IMG/VR virus record: IMGVR_UViG_3300008469_000001
Location: 1 to 64,000 of that record
DNA from: a virus
Direction: 5' to 3' (one strand)
DNA: 64,000 bases
The notes beneath the pieces are model-generated. The model saw only the letters and a list, made by a program, of their open reading frames with translations. It made no database searches and was not told the origin of the DNA. The translations under genes were made by a program, and so were the position numbers. Positions 10,255-20,525 of the stretch are shown piece after piece. How positions within the stretch are numbered: position 1 is the stretch's first letter; the number at the start of each line of letters is the position of its first letter.

Positions 10255-12439
10255 ACTTTTTCTCCATATCATTCCATATTTTATTTACTTTGTCCATATT
10301 TTCAATTTCAATATCGACCAACCTAAATGATTTATTTTTTTCGAATACATATGATTTTACAACCATTGTAAATTCACTAAATGTAGATATAATATTTTCT
10401 CTAGTTTCAATATTTTCACTTATTCTAAAAATTAAGTTATCAGAATAATCAAAAATATCTGTGTTTATTTCTATATTTTTATTGGCATCAAATGCATAAT
10501 CAACCAATTTAGAAAAGTTTTTGAAAATATTCTCCAATTCTACTGAAACATTTTCATAGAATACTAAATCATAGGTTTTGTCGAGTATAAATTTATGAAT
10601 TTTCACATATAATTCTCTTAATTTGTTATCAATGTAATAGCTATAATATTCCACTTTTTTTATGGACATTATTTCATGATTAAACTCTATTTCCCATTCA
10701 TTCATCATACTCATATTCAATTTATCAAGGATAGTTTCATAATGGGTAAATAATTTATGTTTATTATCGACATTCCACCACAATATATTTGAATTATAGT
10801 TTTTTATAATATCAAATTTTTCATTAAATTCTTTATAAAAATTTCCATCAATTAAATCAGAGATACCATCTTTCTCAGTTATTTCAATATTCTGTGTAAA
10901 AAATGTTATTCTCGAATCAAAATATACTAGGTATTCATTGATTTTATCAGAAATTAATTTTTCAACTTCAAATAATTTCGATTTTAAAAGTGTCAGTTCA
11001 TCATTATTTGCATTTAGTTCTATTTCTATCTTATCTTTTAATACCGTTAGTTCTGAAATTTTTCTTTTAATATCTATTTTTTCTTCTTTATAAAAATCAA
11101 TTTTCTCATTTGTATGTTCATTAGATCCTGACTCTTTTTGAAAATCTCTAGATATAGCTAACACAACTATATCATACTTTCTTCTAATATCTGTTAATAA
11201 TGATTGGTATCTCTCCAAATCATAATAATAATTCCAATAAGTTGATTGAGACATTTTTGTTTTTACAAATTCATAATCCGCTTTAAATGTTAGCATTTTT
11301 GATGTATATGCATCTAATAGATCTTGATCTATAGTGTTATTCAATATATTTTTATATATATGCTCTCTTTTAAGTTGTATTAATTCAATATATTTGTAAT
11401 AATTTTGCTCTTTAGTAAGTGATATAACCGATCTTAATGCAGAGGTTTTATCTTGAACTAAGTTCTCTATTAATGGAATATCAATATTTAATATTTTTTT
11501 TCTTTCTTCTTCTACAGCTCTTGTGAAATCTAATTTATCAAATGTTTCTCTTTCCTGGAGCCAAGCCATAGAATACTCTTTAAGCTGTTTTTCATATTTG
11601 AATTCATATGTCTTAAATAATGTTTGTTTCCATAATGAATAAACATTTTCTATCTCTTTTTTCTTAGCATCAACATGTGTTATTTTTTCACCATATGCTA
11701 AGCTTTGACCGTATGTCCAAGAACTTTCATATTCATCTTTAAAATAAGATGTTAGTGCTTGGTAATACTCTTCTTGTCTATTTTTCCAAGCTTCATAATG
11801 ATTTCTTAATGAAATCTCTTCATACCCACCATATGAAGCAACAGTAGCAAGTTCATTAATATAATTTGATACCTTATTAGATACAGAATCAGCATAATAA
11901 GCTTCATCGGTTGTATTCTGTAAAATTACATCATCAATAATTTGTAATCTTTCGGTTGTTTCATCTATATACCCATCACTATATTCAAAGGTTTCATCAA
12001 TCAATTGACTTTCATAAAATAATATGAGTGCATTGATCTTTTCCAAATCAGAATTCATAACAGCAATATTATTTGAGGAATAATCAAAATCATTCTGAGA
12101 TGTTTCAACTGTTGTCGTATAAATTTCTACTTGCCCTTTAAGGTTTTTATATGATACTTTTAATTTTTCATAATCATCAATAATCAATTGACCTTCATTT
12201 TCAAAACCTTTTATAAATGATGATAGTTTTATAATAAATGTGTGTAAATCTCTATCAAATTTTAGAGTTTGATTTTTGTGATTGTTTATATTGATAGCAT
12301 CTTCATCAGATAGTCCATAGTTACTAATAAATTCATCAGATAATCCTTTGAAATATTCATCAACACTACTATTATAGGGATAACCTGGTACAAATTTGTT
12401 ATTTTGTCTTATTTCAATGCTAACCACAATTTTCTCCAT
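10247..12439 (-). CDS. Large coiled-coil hypothetical protein
   Basis: 730 aa helical ORF overlapping the next gene. Confidence 0.7.
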   Translation of the reverse strand: MEKIVVSIEIRQNNKFVPGYPYNSSVDEYFKGLSDEFISNYGLSDEDAININNHKNQTLKFDRDLHTFIIKLSSFIKGFENEGQLIIDDYEKLKVSYKNLKGQVEIYTTTVETSQNDFDYSSNNIAVMNSDLEKINALILFYESQLIDETFEYSDGYIDETTERLQIIDDVILQNTTDEAYYADSVSNKVSNYINELATVASYGGYEEISLRNHYEAWKNRQEEYYQALTSYFKDEYESSWTYGQSLAYGEKITHVDAKKKEIENVYSLWKQTLFKTYEFKYEKQLKEYSMAWLQERETFDKLDFTRAVEEERKKILNIDIPLIENLVQDKTSALRSVISLTKEQNYYKYIELIQLKREHIYKNILNNTIDQDLLDAYTSKMLTFKADYEFVKTKMSQSTYWNYYYDLERYQSLLTDIRRKYDIVVLAISRDFQKESGSNEHTNEKIDFYKEEKIDIKRKISELTVLKDKIEIELNANNDELTLLKSKLFEVEKLISDKINEYLVYFDSRITFFTQNIEITEKDGISDLIDGNFYKEFNEKFDIIKNYNSNILWWNVDNKHKLFTHYETILDKLNMSMMNEWEIEFNHEIMSIKKVEYYSYYIDNKLRELYVKIHKFILDKTYDLVFYENVSVELENIFKNFSKLVDYAFDANKNIEINTDIFDYSDNLIFRISENIETRENIISTFSEFTMVVKSYVFEKNKSFRLVDIEIENMDKVNKIWNDMEKKYV

Positions 12440-12543
12440 TAGATTTATTTTTCTTTATTTATTAATTAAATCACTATTTTCAATTAAACATCTTTCTCTA
12501 ATCTATTTATTACAGCATACACTCATAAACAGAAACTTTTCTA

Positions 12544-12552
12544 TTGTATAAT
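12544..12552 (+). promoter_or_regulatory. Sigma70-type -10 motif TTGTATAAT
   Basis: Recurrent motif, 20 bp upstream of 12573. Confidence 0.55.
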
Positions 12553-12572
12553 ATACAATAAAAAGGCTTATA

Positions 12573-13118
12573 ATGTCATATTTGATAAATTTTATAGCTG
12601 GTCCAGGGGTGGGCAAGTCTGTTATGACTTCTTTAATTTTTGCTAAACTTAAAATGAAAGGTTATAATGCTGAAATTGTACCAGAATATGCTAAACAATT
12701 AGTATGGACTGAAGAATTTGAATTATTAAATAATCAATATCATGTGTCATATTATCAAAATAAATTGTTAAAATCATTAGTTGGTAAAACTGATTATATT
12801 GTAACTGATGGATCATTAGTTCATGGATTAGTTTACAATATGGTGAATACAGATAATACATCAGATAAAGATAAAACAAAAAGTGCCATACTAGAGTGGC
12901 ATAATAGTTTCAAAAATATCAATATATATTTAGAAAGAAATATTAAGTTAAAATACCAACAAGAAGGTAGAATTCAAAGTTTAGAAGAAGCGACCCACAT
13001 CGATAATTTAATTAAATTCCAATTATTTGATAATAAACTTGAGTATAAATCTTTTTTAAGTGCTGAAGATAGTGTTAATAGTATCATTGAATATATTGAA
13101 GAAAAGACTAAAAATTAG
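12573..13118 (+). CDS. P-loop kinase/ATPase (AAA_28/NadR-like)
   Basis: GPGVGKS, EYAK, IVTDG and GRIQ motifs. Confidence 0.75.
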   Translation: MSYLINFIAGPGVGKSVMTSLIFAKLKMKGYNAEIVPEYAKQLVWTEEFELLNNQYHVSYYQNKLLKSLVGKTDYIVTDGSLVHGLVYNMVNTDNTSDKDKTKSAILEWHNSFKNINIYLERNIKLKYQQEGRIQSLEEATHIDNLIKFQLFDNKLEYKSFLSAEDSVNSIIEYIEEKTKN

Positions 13119-13443
13119 AAGTCTTTTCTCCATTTGATTTTTTTCTCTGTAAATCTGCTTCACAGTCATATATAAATTCTGCTGTAACAGTACCACATTC
13201 TTTAATAACTATTGAGTTTTCTTTCAACTCATGAATCTTACCATCATAAGGTACTTGTACTTCATCTTTATCAAAGTGATGGTCTTCCTTAAATTCAGCA
13301 ACAGTATAAACCTTTTCAGGCAACATATGTATTACACAATTTTTTGGAAAATCATCCATATGACTAAAAACATTTTTAATTTGACCATTTTCAATGTGTA
13401 TATGGAAACAACCTTTAATACCAGTTTCTTCTCTTCTTGGCAT
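13108..13443 (-). CDS. Hypothetical protein
   Basis: 111 aa ORF with AAGGA RBS. Confidence 0.6.
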   Translation of the reverse strand: MPRREETGIKGCFHIHIENGQIKNVFSHMDDFPKNCVIHMLPEKVYTVAEFKEDHHFDKDEVQVPYDGKIHELKENSIVIKECGTVTAEFIYDCEADLQRKKSNGEKTSNF

Positions 13444-13493
13444 ATTTTAAATCCTTTTTTGTCTCCTATTTTACATTTTTATAAAAATAGATG

Positions 13494-15392
13494 TTAATCA
13501 GAAATCTCAGCATCAATAATATCTTCATCAACAACATCATTTGTGTTTGCTTTTGCAGTTTCAGGTTGTGCTTTAGTTTGTTGATTTTCATATATTTTAG
13601 TACCAACTTCTTGATACTTAGTCATCAGAGTATCTTTAGTAGTTTCTAACTCAGATTTTGTATGATTTTCATTAGCAAGAATTTCTTTAGTTTTTTCTAA
13701 TGCTGTTTGTAACTCAGAAGTATCTACAGATTCATTCTCTTTAATAAATTTTTCAACTTGTGAAACGGTTGCATCAACTTCATTTCTAACTTTTATAGTT
13801 TCCACTTTATCTTTATTTTTTTCATTATCAGCTTCTGCATCAGCTACCATTTTAGCAATTTCTTCATCTGATAATCCAGATGATCCCGAAATAGTAATTG
13901 AGTTTTCTTTACCAGTTGCTTCATCTTTAGCAGAAACATTAAGAACACCATTAGCATCAATATCAAGAACAATTTTTATCTTTGGAATCCCTCTTGGGGC
14001 GGGAGCAATACCACCTAATTCAAAATTACCTAATAATTTATTAGATTCAAATAATTCAGCTTCACCTTGTGCTATTCTAACAGACACAGCTGGTTGGTTA
14101 TCTGCAGCAGTTGAAAATGTTTCTGATTTCTGTACAGGTATTGTTGTACCTTTTTCAATAAGTTTAGTCATAACTCCACCCATTGTTTCAATACCAATTG
14201 ATAATGGTGTAACATCAAGCAACAATACATCTTTAACATCACCTCTTAAAACACCACCTTGGATAGCGGCACCAGCAGCAACAACCTCATCAGGGTTTAC
14301 AGATTTATTTAATTGTTTACCATTAAAATATGATGTAACTTTCTCTTGAACTAATGGGATTCTTGTTGAACCACCAACCATTACAATTTCTTCAATATCA
14401 GTTGTTTTCATTCCTGCATCTTTTAAAGATGTTTTAACATGTTCAATTGTTTCATCTACAATGTTTTCAATCATAGATTCAAATTTTGCTCTAGTCAATT
14501 TTGTTACCAAATGTTTAGGTCCACTTGCATCAGCAGTGATAAATGGTAAGTTAATATCAGTTTCATTTGTTGCAGATAATTCTTTTTTAGCTTTTTCCGC
14601 TTCATCCATCAATCTTTGCATAGCCATATTGTCATTTCTAATGTCAATACCATTTTCTTTTTTGAATTCATCAGCCATATAATCTACGATTAATTTATCT
14701 GCGTCTTTTCCACCAAGAAAAGCATTACCATCTGTTGAAAGAACCTCAAATGTACCATCACCAGCTTCAATAACTGAAACATCAAATGTACCACCACCAA
14801 AATCGTAAACTAACAATGTTTCTTCTTCTTTTTTATCAATTCCATAGGCTAATGAAGCTGCTGTAGGCTCATTGATAATTCTAAGTACATTTAATCCTGC
14901 AATTGTACCGGCTTCTTGAGTAGCTTTTCTTTGTGCATCATTGAAGTATGCTGGAACTGTGATAACTGCATCAGTTACCTTTTGTCCTAAGTAAGACTCT
15001 GCATCTTCTTTAAGTTTTGAAAGAATTTTTGCAGAAATTTCTTGAGGTGTATAAATTTTATCCCCTACTTCAACTGCACATGCACCATTTTTATTAATTA
15101 TATTGTATTGTGTTTTCTCATCTGCTTCTTTTGCTTTTGGTTCAGCAAACATCATACCCATAATTCTTTTAATAGAATCAATTGTTTTCAATGGATTTGT
15201 TACAGCTTGTCTCTTTGCAGATTCACCAACTAAAACTTCACCCTTATCTGTGAAAGCTACAATTGATGGTGTTGTATTTTTACCTTCTTTATTAGGAATG
15301 ATTTTATATGTACCTTGTTCATACACAGATACTGCCGAATTTGTGGTTCCTAAATCCACACCAATGCATACACTATTAATTTTGTTACTCAT
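13494..15392 (-). CDS. dnaK: Hsp70 chaperone DnaK
   Basis: [57 protein letters not shown]. Confidence 0.98.
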   Translation of the reverse strand: MSNKINSVCIGVDLGTTNSAVSVYEQGTYKIIPNKEGKNTTPSIVAFTDKGEVLVGESAKRQAVTNPLKTIDSIKRIMGMMFAEPKAKEADEKTQYNIINKNGACAVEVGDKIYTPQEISAKILSKLKEDAESYLGQKVTDAVITVPAYFNDAQRKATQEAGTIAGLNVLRIINEPTAASLAYGIDKKEEETLLVYDFGGGTFDVSVIEAGDGTFEVLSTDGNAFLGGKDADKLIVDYMADEFKKENGIDIRNDNMAMQRLMDEAEKAKKELSATNETDINLPFITADASGPKHLVTKLTRAKFESMIENIVDETIEHVKTSLKDAGMKTTDIEEIVMVGGSTRIPLVQEKVTSYFNGKQLNKSVNPDEVVAAGAAIQGGVLRGDVKDVLLLDVTPLSIGIETMGGVMTKLIEKGTTIPVQKSETFSTAADNQPAVSVRIAQGEAELFESNKLLGNFELGGIAPAPRGIPKIKIVLDIDANGVLNVSAKDEATGKENSITISGSSGLSDEEIAKMVADAEADNEKNKDKVETIKVRNEVDATVSQVEKFIKENESVDTSELQTALEKTKEILANENHTKSELETTKDTLMTKYQEVGTKIYENQQTKAQPETAKANTNDVVDEDIIDAEISD

Positions 15393-15453
15393 TTTAATTT
15401 CTCCTTAATATTTTTAAAAAACATATTATAATTGATTTAAGTTCAAATGAACC

Positions 15454-15963
15454 TTAAATCAAATATTCTGGATGCTCAGTAATCAAATTTTCTAAAAAAT
15501 TTGGATTAACTTTTTTTCCATACCTATACCTTATCAACTCATAATAAATTGGGTCAATATCTTTGATATAATTACTTAATTTACCTGTCAAATAAATGGC
15601 CTCTATTAAATTACTTTTAGTGTAATTTAATTTTAGTTCATCTATAGGTTTTAGTTTTGAAACATCTATAATGGTTTCAAATAAGGGTTTTGTTTCTTTT
15701 GGTAAATTTGTAGCTTCATTACCACCACTCACATCATATCTATTTTTATAAAATTGCTGGTTGGATATATCATAAATCATTTCTGCTTTATACATAAGAT
15801 CCATTGGTCTTATAAGCATATCGCCAGATTCATGATAATTATCTCTAACAAATTTCAATTTTATTATGGTATAACCATTTTTAACTCTTTTAGAGTAATC
15901 ATTATAACATTCTATATTTCTTGAGTGATTTTCATTAACAACAGCTACAAATATATTTTTCAT
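15454..15963 (-). CDS. Hypothetical protein
   Basis: 169 aa ORF between hsp20 and dnaK, ending HPEYLI. Confidence 0.65.
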   Translation of the reverse strand: MKNIFVAVVNENHSRNIECYNDYSKRVKNGYTIIKLKFVRDNYHESGDMLIRPMDLMYKAEMIYDISNQQFYKNRYDVSGGNEATNLPKETKPLFETIIDVSKLKPIDELKLNYTKSNLIEAIYLTGKLSNYIKDIDPIYYELIRYRYGKKVNPNFLENLITEHPEYLI

Positions 15964-15972
15964 TCAAAACCT

Positions 15973-16386
15973 TTATTTTATCTCTATTTGTTTTGGTTTC
16001 GTTTCCTCTGGTATAAATGGTACTAACTTTATTTTTAATATACCATCATTAAACTCAGCATCAACAGATTCTACATCAAACATCAAACTATAAGACTTTT
16101 CAAAATTTCTTGTAGCAATATCTTTTTTGATATAGTTTCTATGACTTGTATCTTTTTTCAAAGATTCACCTTTAACAGTTAAAGTATTCGAATCAACTGT
16201 AATCTTTATCTCATCCTTTGAAAATCCTGCAACAGCAATTTCCATATAAGCAATTCCATCTTCATCATAAACATCTGTAAGTGGATACTTAGAATTGGCT
16301 TTCTGATTATTAAAAGCATCTCCAAAAAATTGTGCTATCATATCATCAAGCATAGCGTGTTGTGGGTATAACATTGTGTGTCTCAT
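15973..16386 (-). CDS. Small heat-shock protein (Hsp20/IbpA family)
   Basis: YPLTDV, EIAVAGFSKDEI, IATRNFEKSY, AEFNDGILKI. Confidence 0.93.
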   Translation of the reverse strand: MRHTMLYPQHAMLDDMIAQFFGDAFNNQKANSKYPLTDVYDEDGIAYMEIAVAGFSKDEIKITVDSNTLTVKGESLKKDTSHRNYIKKDIATRNFEKSYSLMFDVESVDAEFNDGILKIKLVPFIPEETKPKQIEIK

Positions 16387-16452
16387 CCCAAATTCCTCCT
16401 TTAAGCGAATTTTTTAAAATATTCTTTGAAGCGACTCATATGAGTACGCCTC
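16387..16452 (-). ncRNA. ROSE-like RNA thermometer in the hsp20 5' UTR
   Basis: AAAUUC-G-CU pairs with AGGAAUUU over the SD with a bulged G; upstream hairpin GAGGCGUACUCAUAUGAGUCGCUUC. Confidence 0.65.
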
Positions 16453-16785
16453 ATTTGAACATTCTAATAGGTTTTTATAATGTTAATTATATTGAAAATA
16501 GTCTTAAGAAGGGATTAATTGTATGTATAGACAGTTTAGTAGTGTTTCATTTTCTACTATTTTATTTTTATCTCTATGATAACATCGACCAAAATCATTA
16601 CCACATATCCAAAACAATAACTAATAAGTCTATTGTGTTTACAATGAATCTCTTAATTAAGACAATTCACAAATTTTGAAGACCACATTGTGCATCTCCA
16701 TATTATTATTTATATTTATTTTACAAAAAATTTCAAATAATAATGAAATTTTTTGTATTATATACACTAGTTACCTAAATTAACT

Positions 16786-17403
16786 TTAACCAACTAATTT
16801 TTTTATTGCTTTTAAAGCCGCTAATTCAACTTCAGATGGTTTACCATTTGCCAATTTATCTTGGATCTCACCTAATAATGGTAAAATACCAATACCTTCT
16901 TTTGATGTTTCAACTTCTTTTTTTGGTTCTTCAGATGCATCTCCATCTGCATCTCCATCTGCATCTGTTTCAGTTGGAGTTTCTTCTGATGGTGCATCTA
17001 AACTTAATTCTTCTCCATCTGTTTCAGTTGGAGTTTCTTCTGATGGTGTATCTAAACTTAATTCTTCTCCATCTGTTTCAGTTGGAGTTTCTTCTGCTGG
17101 TGCAGCTAAAGTTAATTTTTCAGTTGCATCTGTTTCAGTTGGAGTTTCTTCTGATGGTGTATCTAAACTTAATTCTTCTCCAGTTTCTGATGGTGCTTCA
17201 GTATCTAAACTCAATTCATCTGCTTCTTTTAATTTAATTTGCATATATTCATCATCTTGTGATGCATTAGTTAGTACCCACATATCTTGTTCTGATAACT
17301 CAACATCTGCATAATTTTTCATTTTTAATGTTTCTAAAAAAAATGCTCTATCATCTGTTTTCGTTTCAGATAATACTTTTAAGTATTCATATACTTTTTT
17401 CAT
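16786..17403 (-). CDS. Acidic repeat-containing protein (possible head/internal protein)
   Basis: EELSLDTPSEETPTETDG repeats; AGGAG RBS. Confidence 0.7.
   Translation of the reverse strand: MKKVYEYLKVLSETKTDDRAFFLETLKMKNYADVELSEQDMWVLTNASQDDEYMQIKLKEADELSLDTEAPSETGEELSLDTPSEETPTETDATEKLTLAAPAEETPTETDGEELSLDTPSEETPTETDGEELSLDAPSEETPTETDADGDADGDASEEPKKEVETSKEGIGILPLLGEIQDKLANGKPSEVELAALKAIKKLVG
16964..17220. repeat. 54-57 bp coding tandem repeat, 4 copies plus a partial
   Basis: tctgtttcagttggagtttcttctg... at 16964, 17018, 17072 and 17129. Confidence 0.9.
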
Positions 17404-17469
17404 ATTGATCTCCTATTAATCATTTATATTATATCTATTTATGTTAGAAATATTTTTAATTCAATTTAA

Positions 17470-18114
17470 TTATATAAGGAAACCTTTTTCTTCTAATTCT
17501 ATTAATTGGTTTGGTGAAAGAGATGTATAATATTTCTTACCAGAATCCTTTACAACAGCTAGGTTTTCACCCAATGAAATTACTTGTGAACCATAAGGTA
17601 TCTCATTTGAGAATTTCTCTTCTAAATCTTTTTGTTTGAATAAACTAATATGTAGATTGTGTGTATCTTTCGAGAATATAGTTGTTGATACAAAATAATC
17701 CTTACCAGATGATTCATTATCAGCTTCAACTAAATATTCAATTTTTTCCAATTCTTCTTTAAGAGTGTAGTAATTTTTTTCTAAGTGATTTACCGATGTA
17801 GATATTGAATCATTTATAACTACATCGGCAAATTTTTGTAAGTGTGAGTATTTTGTTTCAAATAATCCATCAACAAATTCTTTTTGATTTTTATCATTGA
17901 ATAAGGTCATTACTCTTTCAATCATCAAATTATATTTTTCCATTTTATCTTTGAATACATCAAAATGTGTAATAACAGTTTTTTGTTCATCAATTATTCT
18001 TTGTTTTTCTTTTAGGATTTGAGTTTGTTCTTCTTTGATAAGTTTTGGTAGAGGGTTTTCTACTGATTTTGTTTCCTGTAAACCAGCTAAAATTCTTAAA
18101 TCTTCTGTTAGCAT
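17470..18114 (-). CDS. Hypothetical protein (possible virion protein)
   Basis: 214 aa; N-terminal DLRILAGLQE; TATAAATA at 18151-18158. Confidence 0.65.
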   Translation of the reverse strand: MLTEDLRILAGLQETKSVENPLPKLIKEEQTQILKEKQRIIDEQKTVITHFDVFKDKMEKYNLMIERVMTLFNDKNQKEFVDGLFETKYSHLQKFADVVINDSISTSVNHLEKNYYTLKEELEKIEYLVEADNESSGKDYFVSTTIFSKDTHNLHISLFKQKDLEEKFSNEIPYGSQVISLGENLAVVKDSGKKYYTSLSPNQLIELEEKGFLI

Positions 18115-18179
18115 TATCTCTTATCCCTTATTTTTAATATTTGTTTATGTTATTTATAAGGGAAGAAGAGATTTTTTTA

Positions 18180-18911
18180 TTAAGAAGCTTTTTTAATCAT
18201 ATAAAATTGGTAATCTGCTATGTTATTGGACTTAATAATTCTTACTAAATTTTGTTTTTCAGAAACTGCTAATGTAACACCCTCAGAACCTACTTTTAAG
18301 ATTGCCATTAATCTTTCTAAGTCAATTTTAAATGGTTCATCTAAGATCCCATCTTCAACATCATAATCAGTATCAAAATCTACTGTATCGACATCATTAG
18401 TCAATTTAAATGATAGTTTACCTTTAGAACTCTTAGTTAAAAAGACGCTTGCATTAAAAATTGATAAGCTTAAGAACTTAGTTATTGCTGCAATATCTCC
18501 ATCTGTTAAATCAACAGTAATATCACCTTCAAATGCACTTAATTTGCTTGGTGTAGCTGGTAATAATGATTTAGCAACATTCTTTGCTTTAATTGTTGCT
18601 GTATCAATTTTGAATGTTGTTTCAACAGCTATTTCATCATTCTCTTTAAATTTAACAGATGATTTACTACCTGCTGATTCTAAGTTAATGATTTGTTTAA
18701 TAAAATCTAATTGTGAAAAACCTTGAATCTGAGGCATATCAATATTTGGTATATCCTTATAGTTCGCAACAATAATCAAAGATCTTGTAGCTTCATATGC
18801 AACTGCTAATAATTCATTGTTTTCAACATCCTGTTCTACTTTGATAATCTCAATCATTTTAGATACTCTAAAGTTGTTGTTTATATCATCTAGGAATTCA
18901 AAATATGTCAT
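18180..18911 (-). CDS. Putative sliding clamp (gp45-like)
   Basis: Likely start MTYFEF (AAGG RBS), ~243 aa; beta-rich two-domain pattern with C-terminal ADYQFYM; next to gp55. Confidence 0.55.
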   Translation of the reverse strand: MTYFEFLDDINNNFRVSKMIEIIKVEQDVENNELLAVAYEATRSLIIVANYKDIPNIDMPQIQGFSQLDFIKQIINLESAGSKSSVKFKENDEIAVETTFKIDTATIKAKNVAKSLLPATPSKLSAFEGDITVDLTDGDIAAITKFLSLSIFNASVFLTKSSKGKLSFKLTNDVDTVDFDTDYDVEDGILDEPFKIDLERLMAILKVGSEGVTLAVSEKQNLVRIIKSNNIADYQFYMIKKAS

Positions 18912-18954
18912 GTGGTGTAACCTTTCTTTTTTAATTTGTTTTATATTATTATAC

Positions 18955-18988
18955 AAAAAAACTAGTGAAAAGTTTATCTTTCACTAGT
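18955..18988 (-). terminator. Intrinsic terminator after gp55
   Basis: ACTAGTGAAA-loop-TTTCACTAGT followed by a U run on the minus strand. Confidence 0.55.
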
Positions 18989-19621
18989 CATTTCCATTCT
19001 TTCTTTCTTTCTCTTAATAGATTCAAAATCTACATCAACATCAGAATGTTGATCAAGTGCCATTTCTATTGCCTGATCTTTAATTTCTCTATTCTTTTTT
19101 TCTTTTTTAAGAATTTGTCTGAATGCATTTGTAATAATTTGTGTTAAGTAAGAAAAAGATGAACTTTTCTGACCTGCATCATTCACTTTATCAAGAGAGA
19201 ATTTATTAATACCTCTAATAGATTGATATATTGCTTCAGCTTTCATATCATCTAAGTAAGTATAGTGTCTAAATTTTGTCTGTGTTCCCACTCTATCAAC
19301 AGTTAATACAACAATCTCACCTAACCTTGCAGTACAGTAAGTTTTTGTTTTAGCTCTTGCTATGTCTTCTTCAGCTTCTTTTCTTAAAGCTTCTTTCTCT
19401 ACATCTGTAGAAACGGCATCTATTTTCTTCTCCCAAGAAGCTTCTAATTCGGTGATAGTTTTTAATGCTTTAGCTTTTGATAATGCAATTTCATCTCTCA
19501 ATTCACTCTCTTTAACATAGTGTTCTGATTTAGGTCTACCTTTCTTCTTTGGTTCCGGTTTAACTTCTTCTGTATTAGTAGTATCTGTACTCACAATACC
19601 TCTCCTTTTTAATTTTTCCAA
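18974..19621 (-). CDS. Late-transcription sigma factor (T4 gp55-like)
   Basis: HYV..., FRHYTYLDDM, FSYLTQIITNAFRQILKKEKK. Confidence 0.85.
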   Translation of the reverse strand: MEKLKRRGIVSTDTTNTEEVKPEPKKKGRPKSEHYVKESELRDEIALSKAKALKTITELEASWEKKIDAVSTDVEKEALRKEAEEDIARAKTKTYCTARLGEIVVLTVDRVGTQTKFRHYTYLDDMKAEAIYQSIRGINKFSLDKVNDAGQKSSSFSYLTQIITNAFRQILKKEKKNREIKDQAIEMALDQHSDVDVDFESIKRKKERMEMTSER

Positions 19622-20115
19622 AAATTTTTATAATCTAAACTAAATTTTAATGGATTAACTTTATTCAATCCTAAAGCATAAAAAATAAATGATGAAATTC
19701 CAGAACCTCTCATAAGATAAACACTTTTATTTTTACTATCTAAGTGTCTCTTTAAAAGAAATGCAATTTTTAATAACAAAACATTGTGTTCAGCATTTTT
19801 AATATATTCATATTCTTCTAAAATAAAATCTTTGAAATCTGGCATGTCTGTAATTAATCTCTTTATTTCCATATCAACATTAATCATACCATCTAAAGAA
19901 TAGTTAAATTCCTTTGGTTGTTCATCAAATATTTTTATCCCTAAAGATTTAGCATAAAGTAGGTCTCTTTCATCATCAGATAAATATTCTGCATATACAC
20001 CAAGGTTGTCGGAAACGTGTTGTAAATTCAGGCCTGAGTTCATGATGAAATCATTTGAATAGAATAACTTATTTAGTTCTGGGTAAAACACAAGTCCTGA
20101 TGCTAATTGATTCAC
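19609..20115 (-). CDS. DNA polymerase III alpha (DnaE)-like N-terminal fragment
   Basis: RGSGISSFIFYALGLNKVNPLKFSLDYKNF corresponds to DnaE GRGS.AGSLVAY.LGIT.IDP.KY.L.FERF. Confidence 0.75.
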   Translation of the reverse strand: MNQLASGLVFYPELNKLFYSNDFIMNSGLNLQHVSDNLGVYAEYLSDDERDLLYAKSLGIKIFDEQPKEFNYSLDGMINVDMEIKRLITDMPDFKDFILEEYEYIKNAEHNVLLLKIAFLLKRHLDSKNKSVYLMRGSGISSFIFYALGLNKVNPLKFSLDYKNFWKN

Positions 20116-20174
20116 TTTATTAATCCTTTAGTTAGATTTACATATATTTTACAATAAATTATTTTTTATTATGT

Positions 20175-20525
20175 TTAAAGGTATTTTAATAAGAGGTCTG
20201 GGTCTGTTTCAGTATATAAGTTTAAAAGTTGTTTGGCTTTTTTTGCTGCTATTTCATATTCATCGGTTAAAAACATATCTGGATATTTAAGTGTATTCTC
20301 ATAGTCTTGTAAAATCATTATAGACCAGAAAATATCTGCTGTTTTTTTATCGGGATACACATCTTCTTCCCTTAATTCAAATTCTCTATTTTTATATTTA
20401 ACTAGGTAATCTCTTTTCTCACCATATACATTACTAAATGAAGAAATAGTGTTAATAACTCTTGTTTCTTTTGGGGTATCAAAGGGGTGAATAACTACCC
20501 ATATGGTTTCATCTATTTGGTACAT
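20175..20525 (-). CDS. Hypothetical protein, paralogue of 20509-20883
   Basis: Likely start MYQIDE; shares W.V..P, K..A.I and C-terminal PD motifs with its neighbour. Confidence 0.6.
   Translation of the reverse strand: MYQIDETIWVVIHPFDTPKETRVINTISSFSNVYGEKRDYLVKYKNREFELREEDVYPDKKTADIFWSIMILQDYENTLKYPDMFLTDEYEIAAKKAKQLLNLYTETDPDLLLKYL

Noticed and set aside
16362-16679. 105 aa plus-strand ORF
   Set aside because: Overlaps the hsp20 start and leader antisense, non-ATG start, atypical composition
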